Shown piece after piece: positions 51,593 through 64,000 of a stretch of DNA of 64,000 nt (its first letter is position 1; every line of letters starts with the position of its first letter). A program made the translations under genes and the position numbers. The DNA comes from Phoronis australis. Lineage: Eukaryota > Animalia > Phoronida. The notes beneath the pieces are model-generated. The model was given only the letters and a program-made list of their open reading frames with translations. It was not told the DNA's origin and did not search any database. Where the stretch lies: positions 62,001 through 126,000 of the forward strand of contig NMRA01000221.1 of the NCBI GenBank assembly GCA_002633005.1. The letters run 5' to 3'.

Positions 51593-54500
51593 ATGACAGA
51601 AAGAAACGGGTAAGCTGAAATGGTTTGATATTGTTGGTTAAACTTTAGAAGTAACCATTATTTTGTAAGCCTTAATAGAATTTGTGCTATATTTTGTTCA
51701 ATTCCATATAAATCTGTGATAGTTGACTAATGTTACCCTGCGATTCCTCGTGGTGAAGTCTCAGAGCTCTGACATTCCAATGGCTATCACAAATTTCTTA
51801 CTAACAGTTTGAAAATGCTATTGGTTTATAAAAATGGTATTTTTTATAACTTAAAGGTTATGTAAGACCATGCAAAAATGTCAAATTTGGCTAACTTTGG
51901 AACATAAATTCTCAGAAATGATTGACCATATGGTACCTGGAGAAGTTTTTTTAAAAACTTCTAAAATTGGTATTTGTATCAAATTCTTTGCAGTGCTTTT
52001 ATTTATTGGATTGGTTTTGTCTGTTTTTTAGCCATGATGTCAGCTACAAAGTGTTACTTCTGGGTGAACAGGCAGTTGGCAAGACTTCGTTAATGAGATG
52101 TTTAGAGGGAAAGCAGTTCAATCCATCCATGCTGAGTACAATTGGTAAACAATTTCAGCTGAGGTAGCTTGTAAAAATAACTGGTATTGGACCCAACTTC
52201 CAAAGTTTTTGAGGTCCATTTAATTTCGTTGGGACCAGAGAAGCAGTCCAGAAATCATTACATTAACACAAACTGGTGTTCGCTGTAAACTCGGGGCGTG
52301 AGGTGATTCTTTCGATACTTTTATCTATGGAAATTACGGGAAGATAATGAAGAAATGTAACTTAGGTTTTATTTCTGTGCAAATCGTCAAAGTTGCTGCA
52401 TAAATGCAGCCTTGACAAAGCATTGCTTACTGCTTTACTGCAAATACTTAAAAAAAAAATTGTTTAGTGATGTAAGACCCTGAAAATGTCAAAATTTGGC
52501 TAAATTTAGATTATCATATCTAGAAATGCTTAATTGGATTTCATATTGATAAAACTTTCCTTTGTCATGGAGACAAGAAAGCGTGTGACCTAGTTTTGGA
52601 AATCAGACACATTTTCGTGTCTCTCATTGATGCCGAGTAGGCAAAGAATTTCAGGTCACGCATCCATGGGTATTTGTCCAGTTTGTCAAACTTTTTCACG
52701 TCGGAGTTTTACCCCACAGCATAGCAGTAATACTTTGTTGGCATTGGAAGGACGAATAGAGTAATGCAACCGAGAAAACTTGTAAAGAATTAGACTACAA
52801 CAAATAATATGTGAAACTCCAGTGGCACAAAAACAAGGCACCAAATGTGCCTGACGAATGCTTACAGCGTTGTGAGTTAATACAGTGAAATTCGGGACGG
52901 CCTCATATGTTTTCTGTGCTGCTGCTCATTGGTTTTTCTTCGTGAACTGTTATGAAGGCATGTTCAGCTCTTGTGTTTGGTTGGAGCTACTTTCTTTGCC
53001 ATTTCGTGCAAAGTTCCCATTGCCGTTCTGGTTACTCATGCTTTTTCTGTTGATACATGTAGGATGTGTAGATCTTGGAATTTTTCTCTTTTAAGGGAAT
53101 TTCTTCTTTTTTATCTCTTTTTTATCATTACTTTGACTTTAATCATGCAAAAATTTTTATATCAGTTACATTTTACAACACACATAAAATACATGTATTT
53201 CTATCTGAAGCCTAATTCTGTGAGGAATGATACACCACCTAGAAAATTTTCCTCTTTTTGTCAGTGGTCATTCCAAGCCCTGAATGTGGAAATGCATGCT
53301 GTCCATGATTATCTCATTTGTATAATTATGCGCCCACATATTTATATATGGACGCATTATGCCGTCATCTCCATCCGTCCGTCCGGGCGGCGTCCGTCCG
53401 GCGTCCGGCATCCGCTGCTCTATCTCCAAAACCCTTTGACATATGTTCATGAAATTTGACACATATGTTCCATTTATAAATGGGACGGCATGAGCGAACT
53501 TTCGAACGGATCCGACTATCGGTGTGCCCCCTAGTGGCAATTTTAGATTTTTATGCTTACCTTTGTAGCTTCAAAAGTCCTGAACGGATATTCATGAAAT
53601 TTGGTATGTAGGCACCTATTAGTGAGATGACGCTATCCTGCTCGTTTTCGGATGGATTCGACATAGTTTGCGCCACCTAGTGGCCATTTTTACTGTTTTT
53701 GCGTCCACCTCTCTATCAACCAAATCACTCAAAGGATGATTGTGAAAATTGGCATGTATGTGCTTACTGTAAAGAGGATGGTTGACGATGAATTTCCAAC
53801 GATTTCGAGTAATCCGGCGTCTCCTAGTGGCAGTTATGTTTTTGTTGCGCCTATGGCTCTATCTCCTAAACCGTTCGGAGGATCTCTACTTAATTTAGCA
53901 AGTGTATTGATATGATGTTGACTACGGATGATGACGACTTTCGGACAGATCTGACTACTGCTGTGCCCCCTAGTGGCAATTTTAGTTTTTTACGTTTAAC
54001 TCAGTATCTTCAAAGGTCCTCAACAGATTTTGATAAAATTTTAAATATAGGCATCTATTGGTGTGATGATGCTATCTTCCTGTTTTTCTATGGAATAGAG
54101 GTATTTTGCACCACCTAGTGGCCATTTTTGCTGTTTTCAAATCTTGTTTTTGGCATCCACCCCTATATCAACCAAATCATTTGAAAATTGTCATATATGT
54201 TCTCAGTGTGAAGACGACCTTTGACGATGGTGACTGACTACTGTGGCGCCTCATAGTGGTAGTTTTGTTTTGCGCCCATAGTTGTATCTCCTAAACCCAC
54301 TGCAGGATCTTTACTAAATTTAAAAACCGGACAATCGCCGCACAAATAAAAAAGTTCATGTTCAATTCAACGTTTCGTCTTTTCATTAGACATCATCAAT
54401 ACCATATTTACAACAATTTTGGACAACAAGTGCCAACATACAGCTCAGGTAACAAGAACAAGACCAATGTCGTGTATAAGGTTGAATGTGACAACTGTAA

Positions 54501-57500
54501 GGAATTCTATATGGACTCACACAGAGACGCCTCTGTGACAGGTTGAAAGAACATCACACCTAAGAGAAAAGTAACGTATATAGGCATTGTATTAGCTACA
54601 ATCACCAAGCCAACTCTGTTAGTATTATCTGCAGAGAACTCAATAAGGAGTTACTGTACATTAAAGAGTCATTGGCCATTCAGAACCAGCATGCCACTGA
54701 TTCTCTGAATAACATGCAGAGTTCTGTAACCCTGCAGCTATGGTGATGACCAGCTACCGACCTTATTCTATGTATCTCTCACTTCACTCTATGGATGTTA
54801 CCTGAGCTGTATGTTGGCACTTGTTGTCCTAAATTGTTGTAAATATGATCCTGATGATGTCTAATGAAAAGACGAAACGTTGAATTGAACATGAACTTTT
54901 TTATTTGTGCGGCGATTGTCCGGTTTTTAATCTTATTGTGGCCAAAAACTGATTTAATTACTAAATTTAGTAAGTGTATTTATATGAAGATAACAACAGA
55001 CGACGACGACTTTCAGGCGGATCGAATGGACACTGTGCCCACTAGTGGCAATTTCATTTTATTCTGTTTCTCTGAAGTTCCTTGACAGATTTTTATGAAA
55101 TATGGCATGTTCCTGTTTTTGGATGGATTGTATGTTTTTGCACCATCTAGTGACCATTTTCATGATACAAATAAATAACCCTAAAAGCACACCATTTGCA
55201 GTGCATTCGTGGGCGCATTTCAACGCTCTGCGTTGCTCTTGTTTTATTTTTCTATGTTTTCCAGCTGTTGGTGTTGTAACTAAAGTTCTGGTAGTGAATG
55301 GAGTCCACGTTCAGCTTGAGGTGTGGTAAGTCCACAAAGCCAGGACAAAGACAAAAATACATGGTGTGCCAAAAATGCACTCACACTTCATGTGACGATA
55401 ACTGCGTTGTTTATTGACTAGGGAACAGGATTACTAGTACTGGCTTCATGAAGTTTTCATAACAAACATTCAGGCTATATCTACAAGTTTCATGAAACAG
55501 TTTTGATGATTTCATGCACCTTTTTCTATTTTTGTTTCAAACATTGTTGTGAATGACCATATTATCAAACAAAAATATTTTTCTGATATGCTATGGACAG
55601 AGCTTGAACATAGTAAGAATTAATTTGATGCTATATGTCTTATGGATAAAATACAAAAAAAAATTCACTTGCATCCTAGTTTGGTGAGATTTTGCTGTCA
55701 TGCTGATTCAGTGAAGTTGAAAAGAGAACAGACAAACAGTTATCTTGATCAATTCTTTAGAGATACAGACACTGTTCTAGACAGAGGGTCAGGACGTCCT
55801 GCTCAGTCACTTGTACATTGCTAAAAACCGGACAATCGCCGCACAAATAAAAAAGTTCATATTCAATTCAACGTTTCGTCTTTTCATTAGACATCATCAG
55901 GATCATATTTACAACAATTTAGGACAACAAGTGCCAACATACAGCTCAGGTAACATCCATAGAGTGAAGTGCGAGATACATAGAATAAGGCGGTAGCTGG
56001 TCATCACCATAGCTGCAGGGTTACAGAGCTCTGCATGTTATTCAGAGAATCAGTGGCATGCTGGTTCTGAATGGCCAATGACTCTTTAATGTACAGTGAC
56101 TCCTTATTGGGTTCTCTGCAGATAATACTAACAGAGTTGGCTTGGTGATTGTAGCTAACGCAATGCCTATATACGTTACGTATATAGGCATTGTGTTAGC
56201 TATGGTGATGACCAGCTACCGACCTTATTCTATGTATCTCTCACTTCAGTCTGTGGATGTTACCTGAGCTGTATGTTGGCACTTGTTGTCCTAAATTGTT
56301 GTAAATATGATCCTGATGATGTCTAATGAATAGACGAAACGTTGAATTGAATATGAACTTTTTTATTTGTGCGGCGATTGTCCGGTTTTTAATCTTATTG
56401 TGGCCAAAAACTGATTTGTACATTGCTGTAATGGAAGAATCTCAAGTCTCCCTTTTTTTTCTCCAATATCAGACCAACTTAACAAAATCAATTGGCTACT
56501 TTAACACAATAGCAGAATTCTCCACAAATAGCGAAATTGTAATATTGTCATTAGTGACAGCTTACAGTTTGTGCCGAAGTGCATTGCGTTTAGGTAGCGA
56601 AACGTATTGCTTTTATGGTCATCTTGGTCAAGGTGTGACCATGGTCACTGCCAAATATGCAGTCCTTTGCAAATAGATGTTGGGGGAAATGCACCAGGGC
56701 TTTTAATGTAGGGTCAGAGGTCGCAACAGACACTTGTTACAATGCTGTTAGTATTCTTTTTCTTTTAAGGGACACGGCGGGCCAAGAAAGGTTTCGTGCC
56801 ATAACCAAAAGTCTGTTTCGTGGGGCTCAGGTAAAATGAAGGTTTGAGATCAAATTTTCTCCACTGAATAACAGGTATCAAGTGCCGTCTTTTGCAAATT
56901 TGTGTGCGTGTCGTAATTCACGTAGCGCACATGCATCACTGAGCTTGTTGTATGTTTAACCAGGTAGCTTTGACGTACGCGGCGATTTTTCATTGGCTGA
57001 CTTACAGGCTCCGGCAAAGAATGTGCATATGATTTTGCTTCAACATCAGAAATACTGCAGTTCCAACAGATTGGCACTTCCAGGAAGCCTATTTAGACCA
57101 TGCCATGCCCTAAAACAGTGTCTGTGCGGTTTTGATGTTTCAAAGGAGGTCAAACTTTTGTTAATGAGGAGGGCTGTGGGAGACCGTTGAATAGCGAAAT
57201 ACCTCAGAATGTTGAAATAGTGCACACGGCTAACCTAGAGGACTGCTAGAGAGCCATTCATGATGTCTTTAACATTTTAGTTATGCCACGTAGGAGTCTT
57301 CAGCACAGTTTGTGTGACAACTTGAACATGAGATGCATCTGTGCCAAGTTTGTTTTGTGACTGGTTAGCAATGAGCAGAAGACACGCAGAACTGCGATGT
57401 GTTAAGATCTCAACCAATCAAAACCATTTATTGTTCATGGTAGACATTGCCTACACATACACAATTCAAATGTATATTCAGAATATTTACCCCCCCCCCC

Positions 57501-60500
57501 CAGAGCATTTCTGCTCTTAAAGCCATAGCCTTCTGAATGTACAATGCAAGGTGCTGGATACTTTCATGATTTTTACCGTAATCGTTTGGGTTAACGCCCA
57601 TGCTCAGTTAACCGCCCATCCCCGACTTAAAGTGGATTTTCGATTTAACCGCCCACTGCTCGGTTAACTGCCCTCCCCCGATTTTTTGGATTCGCCAATT
57701 TAACCGCCCAGGGCGTTAACCCGAACGATTACGGTATGTTGGACTAACCTAACAAGAGAAGAATAAGCCTTCAACAAGCTCTGGTAGAAGATTTTTTTCT
57801 AAGGTCTTTAAGAACAGGGCATCGACTCACGCAATGAAGCTCACCTTCACTTTCACCCAGAAAACGAGCCAGAGCTGACCTGAACTTTGTTTTAAAGATT
57901 TTACTCGTGACGAGTGGTAGTTATATGGCTATGACCCCCAGACTAAGCAACAGTCGTCAGGTAGTCGCCTGGTTTTGAAACCGAAGAAAATGTGCCAAGT
58001 TCGAAGCATCATGATGTCCATGTTGTTTGTACATGGCATTGTTCACAAAGAATTCGTTCCTCAGGGCTATTGTGGAGTTTTACTTTGAGGTTTTGAAATG
58101 ACTTAGGGAGAGCATTTGAAAGAAATTACCACCACAGTGGGAAAATAAAAACTGGGCCCTCATCATGACAATGCACCTGCTGAGTGCTCACACATCACAA
58201 GGTCTTGGATTCTAGGAGCAATATAGTCATCCCACACCACACCTAGCCCACTGTTATATATGGCTGTTCCGCAAACTAAAATTCAGATGATACCGTGAAT
58301 AATACGCTTACATGGAAGACCTGCATTTTTAAAGATTTGCAGTAATTCTCCTTCTGAGCAGCTTGTACCAGGATCAAAGAGAGCGGAGCGCCAGAGTCGG
58401 ACACAGTTGTGATTACGGTGTTGTCCGGTGCGAGCAAGACCCGATTAAGTGTAATTACCGGGCCATTAACTATAGTAAAGGTCTCTACGTACTGGTGAAT
58501 TTTGAAAAATGCATAAACCAACAATTTTCGTTAAAAATAAACATGGCGGTATTAAGCTGGAAAAAGATCTAAGTATGGTTTTTGATTTTTAAAAATCAAA
58601 CTAATGCTAAAAACTACAAACATTGGTTACAATTGAAAATAAACAACTGTGCGTATTGATATAGTTAGAGGATTTACAAAAGCTGATCATAATAACAATA
58701 TGATATGGATTATTTTTTAGTATATAACTAAATTAAATGCAACAAATAGAGACAAAACACGTTGACCAGATTAGATGTTATGCTTTCAAAACATCGCTTA
58801 TGGCTCAGGGCATATCCAGTTTATTCCAGGAGTAGTACACTAAGTGGAAATTGATATTCGCAAAAATGCCTGCAAAAATAAAATAAATAGAGCAACTCGT
58901 TCCCTGCCCGGCCAAAAAACAAGCAAGTAGACTGGGGTATTAAAAATAAAATAATGAAAACCGGTAGGAAACATGTTTAAGACCAACGTTCCTTTGGGAA
59001 TTGGCCCTTTGTCAAGGTGAACAAAAATTACTGTTTTAGTCATTTTGTAATATTTAAAACTAGTCTCGACACTGACTCTGTGCAAATATCAGAGAAAACC
59101 AATTTGGGTGTAATAAGAACAATATTGTTGAGAAAGTTAAGTGGTAGCAATTATATTTCCACATCATTAGCTTAGATCTACATGAGTCTAAAGGTAGTGC
59201 TGAATAGGCATTATAAAAGTTTTCTGGGGCAAAGGGAATCTTACTGGTGACCAGTGTAAGCTGACTACTGTAACCTGTGAAATTCTTCACCATGTTAAAA
59301 GGGTCCCTTAAAGTTCATACAATGGATGAAGTAGCTAAGGGAGGTCACTTTGAAAAGAGTATCATAAATGTCTGGGCGTTCCGGTCTCTGGGCGTTTGGG
59401 TCTCCCGTCTCCTAAATCCCTTGCAGGATCATAATGGGTTTTGGCTGATGTGTTTGTATGAAGTTGACAACAGGTGACGTTGAGTTTCGGACTGATCTGA
59501 CTACCACTGTGCCTCCTAGTGGCAATTTTAGTTTTTTACATTTGCCTCTATATCTTTGAAGGTCCTTCATTGATTTTCATGAAATTTAGCATACAGGTTT
59601 ATATTAAGGAGATGACGCCTTCCGATTTTTGAATGGATTTGACTTATTCTGCACCACCTAGTGATCATTTTTATTTTTGAATCTGTTTTTTGCCATCCAC
59701 CTTTTTATCTGCCAAACTGTTTGAAGGATCATTATGAAAACATGCAGATGTTTTCCTGCTGCAAAGTCTAGGCTTGACATGGATTTACAGCCGAGCATGG
59801 CAAGTGTTTCAAAATTGGTAGGCGACCAGGCTTTCCCATTTTCAGACGGTTCAAAATTTTTTGCCTCACCCAGTGGCCATTTTTGATACTAATAAACATT
59901 CGGAAAAACATGCAGTTTGCTGTGCAATTGCAGGCACATTTCAGTGTTTACTTTGTTCTAACTTGTTATTGTCATTTTATCTCTGACTAGATAAGAGAAC
60001 AAGACAGTTGACAAAAACGTGACCAATGACAAATTAATGGACGTAAAGGACGAATACGAGTCAAGACGATTGGATGATAGTGATTTTTGCAGTTTGCGAC
60101 TGCTGCTTTGGAGTACTGTCGCATTTGTACAGATCGCGGTCTGCTCTCTCTCTGCCATTGCTAATTTGAAATATGAACAACGTGGCTTTGTTAGTTTTCA
60201 CAACTCAAACTTTTACTTTGCTCATGTGTTGTTCATTTTCTTGTTTTCCAGAGCATTGTCCTTGTGTATGATGTGACATCAAGGAGGAGTTTCCAACTCC
60301 TTGTATACTGGCTAAAGACTATAGACCTAGTACGTATTTGATTTTTAGCTTACTGCAGTCTTACAGACTAGTTAGTTATTTTCACATTGTTTTTGACCAT
60401 CACCTTCTGGTGCTCATTAATTTTCAGAACAATGTTAAGCTTTTTCTGTAAAAATTTGCTTGATTCCTGAAGCTTCTTTTGATGTTGATTAAATTGTGTT

Positions 60501-62363
60501 TGTTGATTTTATATACCCTGAAGGTGGAATCTGTATTCTGACATGGGCCCCTTATATGCAGCGCCACCTATGTTTTGGCACTATTCATCATTTCTTTTAA
60601 GTTAAAGTTACTGCTAACGTTAGAGTTGCCTGTCAAAACTAATTTTGATTTAGACCACTCACTACAGCTGTAAAAGTGGCCTGAACTCTTTCGTTACTGA
60701 GATTAGAGGAGATCATGGGCTTTGGGAGAATTAAAAGTTTGTTCTTGAGCTGATGCTCACCACATAACATGACTAGCTTGATCAAGTTAACTTACTGCAT
60801 CTGGTTTCAAGCAACAATCAATAGGGTCGTCCCGGATTACACGGCAACAGAACTCTCCTTTGTCCCGGAGATAAGAAAGCGTGTGACCTTGTTTTGGAAA
60901 TTAGGCACATTTCCGTGTCTCATTGATGTAGGAAAAGCAAAGAATTTTAGGTCACGCATCCACAGGTATTTGTTCAATTTATCAAACTTTCTTACGTCAG
61001 AGTTGCAGCCCACAGCACAGCAGTAATTATACTTTGTCGGCATTGGAAGGACGAACAGAGTAATGCAGCCGAGAAAAAACATGTAAAAAATCGGACAACA
61101 AATAGCATGTGAAACTCCAGTGGCACGAAAACGAGGCAGCGAATGTGCCTGACGGATGTTTATGGCATTTTGGATAAATACAGTGAGATTCGAGTGTTGC
61201 TGTATAATCCAGGGCGGCCCTATTGGCTGTTGTTTCCAAGCCCAGAAATATCATCCAGTCTGAGAAACAATTTAAAATGCTTTAAGTTGTCTGTTAGAAG
61301 TATCTTTCTTTATGGAAGGAGTTAGGTCTTCTCACCAGCTTTAAAATATTTTTAAAAAATCAGAAAATGATGTTCTTTTTAATGTCTGGGGTGTTTACCA
61401 GGGTGGGAGTGTTAGTTTGACAAGGATCCCACATGAACTATCCTAAATGCATGCATTTTCATATCAAGCTGTTGTTATTTTAGTGTCACTGAGCAAATGT
61501 CAAGCTCCTAATTGTACTATTCATGAAAAAAATGCGGTAAAAGCTTACCATTTTCTCACAAAAATAGTTGTCAAAATTGATTTTTTTTATTTTCCAAAGG
61601 CTTAAGATATTTTTGTGAGTGCCCGCAGTTTTTCAACATATTGTCTGATGGTAGATATGGTGTCGACCATGTAAATGATGAAGCAATTATTTAGTGTTAC
61701 TTATCATTTGTGAGAAAAATAAAGAAGTGAAATATTAATTGTCTGCCATATTTTGTCATAAATTTATGAAATGTTGCCTTAAACTCCCTTTTGTAGCATA
61801 TCCCACCTGTGATACACCAACTTAGGCCATTATCAGTGCCCCTGTGATGCTGTTGTGTAATGTTAAATTATGTTAAGTTATGTTATACACATTGCAGGAG
61901 TTTGGAGACAGCACTGAAGACATACCAGTGTTTATTGTAGCAAATAAGTCAGATCTTGAAGAAGAAAGGGAAATACCCTCAGAGGAAGGAAAGAGGGTAT
62001 TTGTTGGATTTTTAATGGTTCATTACACTGTCAATCTCTTTATGGTTGCTTGGGAAACCACATTAACATTCAGTTTGACAATCATGTAGAATGATTTAAA
62101 ATATTAACACCTAAGTCGGAGGAAATATTTTGCTCTAGTCATACAGTGCATCAAATCGTGTACAGTGATTTAAAATATTAACAACCGTGTCTGAGTAAAT
62201 ATTAGTTCAAGTTCATTGAGCCAAATATTTTTGTTTTTAGAAGGCAGACGCCAGTGGCGCATCGTTATTTCGAGAGACGAGTGTGAAGACAGACCCACAA
62301 GGAGTATGCCAACTGTTTAAAGATGTGGCATACGCTCTAACTGAAAGATACAACCCTCAAGTG
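51593..62363 (+). CDS. Divergent Rab-family small GTPase (Rab8/10/13-like exon structure), 3'-incomplete. Exons 51593-51609, 52032-52144, 55265-55325, 56770-56830, 60252-60329, 61898-61996, 62241-62363
   Basis: All introns are GT-AG and phase-consistent. Spliced protein MTERNGHDVSYKVLLLGEQAVGKTSLMRCLEGKQFNPSMLSTIAVGVVTKVLVVNGVHVQLEVWDTAGQERFRAITKSLFRGAQSIVLVYDVTSRRSFQLLVYWLKTIDLEFGDSTEDIPVFIVANKSDLEEEREIPSEEGKRKADASGASLFRETSVKTDPQGVCQLFKDVAYALTERYNPQV contains G1 GxxxxGKT, G3 WDTAGQ, G4 NKxD and G5 ETSVK. Confidence 0.93.
52560..52880 (-). mobile_element. THAP-domain transposon fragment in Rab intron 2
   Basis: MPTKYYCYAVG..., aligns by eye with 60860-61190. Confidence 0.72.
54323..54957 (+). 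mobile_element. Truncated Penelope-like retroelement with GIY-YIG endonuclease remnant and inverted partial pLTR
   Basis: NVVYKVECDNCKEFY...RLKEH...SNVYRHC...KESLAI. 54323-54453 is the reverse complement of ~54797-54930. Flanking direct repeat ttactaaattta at 54311 and 54958. Confidence 0.88.
54845..54890 (+). ncRNA. Probable minimal type I hammerhead ribozyme in the Penelope pLTR. Copies at ~55862-55906 (-) and ~56307-56352 (+), and a core-mutated copy at ~54360-54405 (-)
   Basis: CTGATGA (54851), stem II gtct/agac, then GAAAC-GTT with palindromic ACGT stem III, as described for PLE hammerheads. Stem I pairing is weak by eye. Confidence 0.65.
55823..56415. mobile_element. Second Penelope-like insertion, inverted (fold-back) structure
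   Basis: 55823-~56178 is the reverse complement of ~54575-54930. ~56198-56415 is a direct copy of the 3' end. Flanking direct repeat ttgtacattgct at 55811 and 56416. Confidence 0.88.
56900..58260 (+). mobile_element. Degenerate mariner transposase
   Basis: Decayed motifs LNMRCICAKFV, TRDEW*LYGYDPQTKQQSS, HGIVHKEFVPQG and HHDNAPA. Confidence 0.82.
57576..57734. mobile_element. TA-flanked MITE (Tc1/pogo type), same family as 63320-63533
   Basis: ta|ccgtaatcgtttgggttaacgccc...gggcgttaacccgaacgattacgg|ta with internal ttaaccgccc repeats. Confidence 0.85.
60770..61250 (-). mobile_element. THAP-domain transposon fragment in Rab intron 5
   Basis: MPTKYNYCCAVGCNSDVRKFDKLNKYLWMRDLKFFAFP: THAP N-terminal CxxxxC and FxFP. 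Confidence 0.78.
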
Positions 62364-62852
62364 GTGAGCTCCATAGCACTGTTTGATCATGATGGCCTGT
62401 CCTGAGTGGCCAGCAAACACACTTGGATGAGTCAAAATTCCTAGGCAATCACCAAATCTTTGTTCGCCGCATGACATGCGATTTCACGGCCATACACATT
62501 AAGCTGATGGCGTGGGTTTTCATTTTCAGAACAATAAACTAAAGAACTTGCGTGGGTTATAGCCTATTCAAATTGGTGATAAAAGCATGTCCAGTTTAGT
62601 ATCTGAAGTCCCTGAGTTTACTGTTCACTGCCATTTCATAATATGTTGTCATCAAGGAAATTTCTCATTCAGTCAGTCAGCCATGTGACATTCACTAGCG
62701 TATCTCCAACACAGCTTGCAGGATATTCAATTTTAACATCCCACACTTCAAGGGAGTGTCTCTAAGCTGTTCTTGTGATTACATTATAGGCTACTTTCAG
62801 TATCATTCAATGTGTCTGCATGTACACATTTCCATGAATTTGTTAAGTATTA

Positions 62853-63313
62853 CAAGGCTTGGAATTTTCCGTGGAAACGCGGATTTCCGCTTTTATCAAA
62901 TGTTCTGTCTGCGCATTTCATTATATTTCCGTGTAAAAAAAATCGGATATGATATAAAATTTCTGCGGCAAATTCCTTTCTTACCGCGGCGTTGCCGACG
63001 ACATTCACCTCGAAAAGCGGAATTTGCTCTTTATGTTTCGGAGGAACGTAAATTGTCAACATTGATAGCGTGGTGGGATTTTCAATGGCGTCTCGTGTGA
63101 TTGTAAACCGCGGTGACAAATACTACGGCTCTGCAGCCAAAAGTGTGCGGGGGCGGGAGTGGACGGACGGGCTAAAAAGACGCAGATGTATGCTACTCCC
63201 TACTTTTTGTCGTCGGCGAAAGGTTCACATCGACTATTTCAAGGCTGGGTAGCGCGCATGTTTCGGGCCATAAAAGTTTCCACGTTCTTTGTCATTGGTC
63301 ATTCCAAGCCCTG
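62853..63313. mobile_element. hAT-like MITE (ca.ggcttggaat...attccaagccctg), with related copies at ~53074-53282 and from 63774
   Basis: 13-bp terminal inverted repeat, with the same termini in the other copies. Confidence 0.65.
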
Positions 63314-63319
63314 GTATTA

Positions 63320-63533
63320 CCGTAAACGTTCGGGTTAACACCCTGGGCGGTTAAATTGGCAAACCCAAAAAATCGGGGGTGGGCGGTTAACCGAGAGGTG
63401 GGTGCTTAACTGGAAATCTTTCAAAAATCGCAGGGGGGCGCTTAACCGAGCAGTGGGCGGTTAAATCGAAAATCCACCTAAAGTAGGGGGTGGGCGGTTA
63501 ACTGAGCATGGGCGTTTACCCGAACGTTTACGG
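63320..63533. mobile_element. TA-flanked MITE
   Basis: ta|ccgtaaacgttcgggttaac...tttacccgaacgtttacgg|ta. Confidence 0.85.
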
Positions 63534-64000
63534 TAGTACTCTAGAGACGTTCAAGTACATGTAAGATAACAAAATTTCTTTGGAGGAAGACTTTAAGACG
63601 AAGCCACATCACTTTAGCTGTGAGTTGTTTCAAATATGGTAATTCTTCGCTTATTTCACACAAAAAATTGCCAAAATTATCTTTTTTCCATTTTTCAAAG
63701 GCTGGCTACCGAACTGCAGATACTTCACTAAATGTGTGACAATATTCACGCACCACAAACCATGCTGGTAATCAGGGCTTGGAATTTTTCTCTTTTAAGA
63801 GGATTTCTTCTTTTTTGGTTTCAATTTCTTCTTATTTGATTTCCAGTTGCCTCTTTTTTGTCTCTTTATGCACCCACATATTTATATGTGGACGCATTAT
63901 GCCGTCATCTGCGTCCAGGCGGCGTCCGTCCGTCTGGGTGGCGTCCATCCACCGTCCGCTGCTCTATCTCCAAAACCATTTGACATACATTCATGAAATA

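Larger units (their letters stand above)
53326..55241 (+). mobile_element. Helentron-associated (HINE/DINE-1/pearl-like) non-autonomous element with internal tandem repeats. Further copies at ~59460-59965 and 63866-64000
   Basis: Subterminal inverted repeat atgcgcccac (53328) / gtgggcgcat (55209), a ccgt microsatellite, ~150-bp internal repeats (cctagtggc), a 3' hairpin caacgc-tct-gcgttg (55221-55235) and T-rich flanks. Confidence 0.78.

Overview
Repeat-rich eukaryotic (invertebrate animal) genomic DNA with spliceosomal introns and a 661-N assembly gap (26093-26753). Most ORFs in the supplied track are spurious or transposon debris. The right end holds a divergent Rab-family GTPase gene: 7 coding exons from 51593 to 62363 on + strand, with the last exon probably beyond the window. 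Its introns carry Penelope-like elements with hammerhead-ribozyme cores, a Helentron-type element, mariner and THAP remnants. The left 24 kb holds an old segmental duplication (~2840-6785 vs ~20105-24335). Each copy contains a minus-strand gene for an apparently orphan secreted prepro-peptide (signal peptide then RRRRS), whose start codon is split by an intron (AT|G) and is followed by candidate micro-exons. A third Asp-rich micro-exon gene lies between the two copies. The rest is L1/Tx1 and CR1/L2 LINE fragments, Kolobok-, Harbinger-, hAT- and Tc1/pogo-type non-autonomous elements, and local duplications. All gene models were spliced by hand from the sequence. No database search was run.
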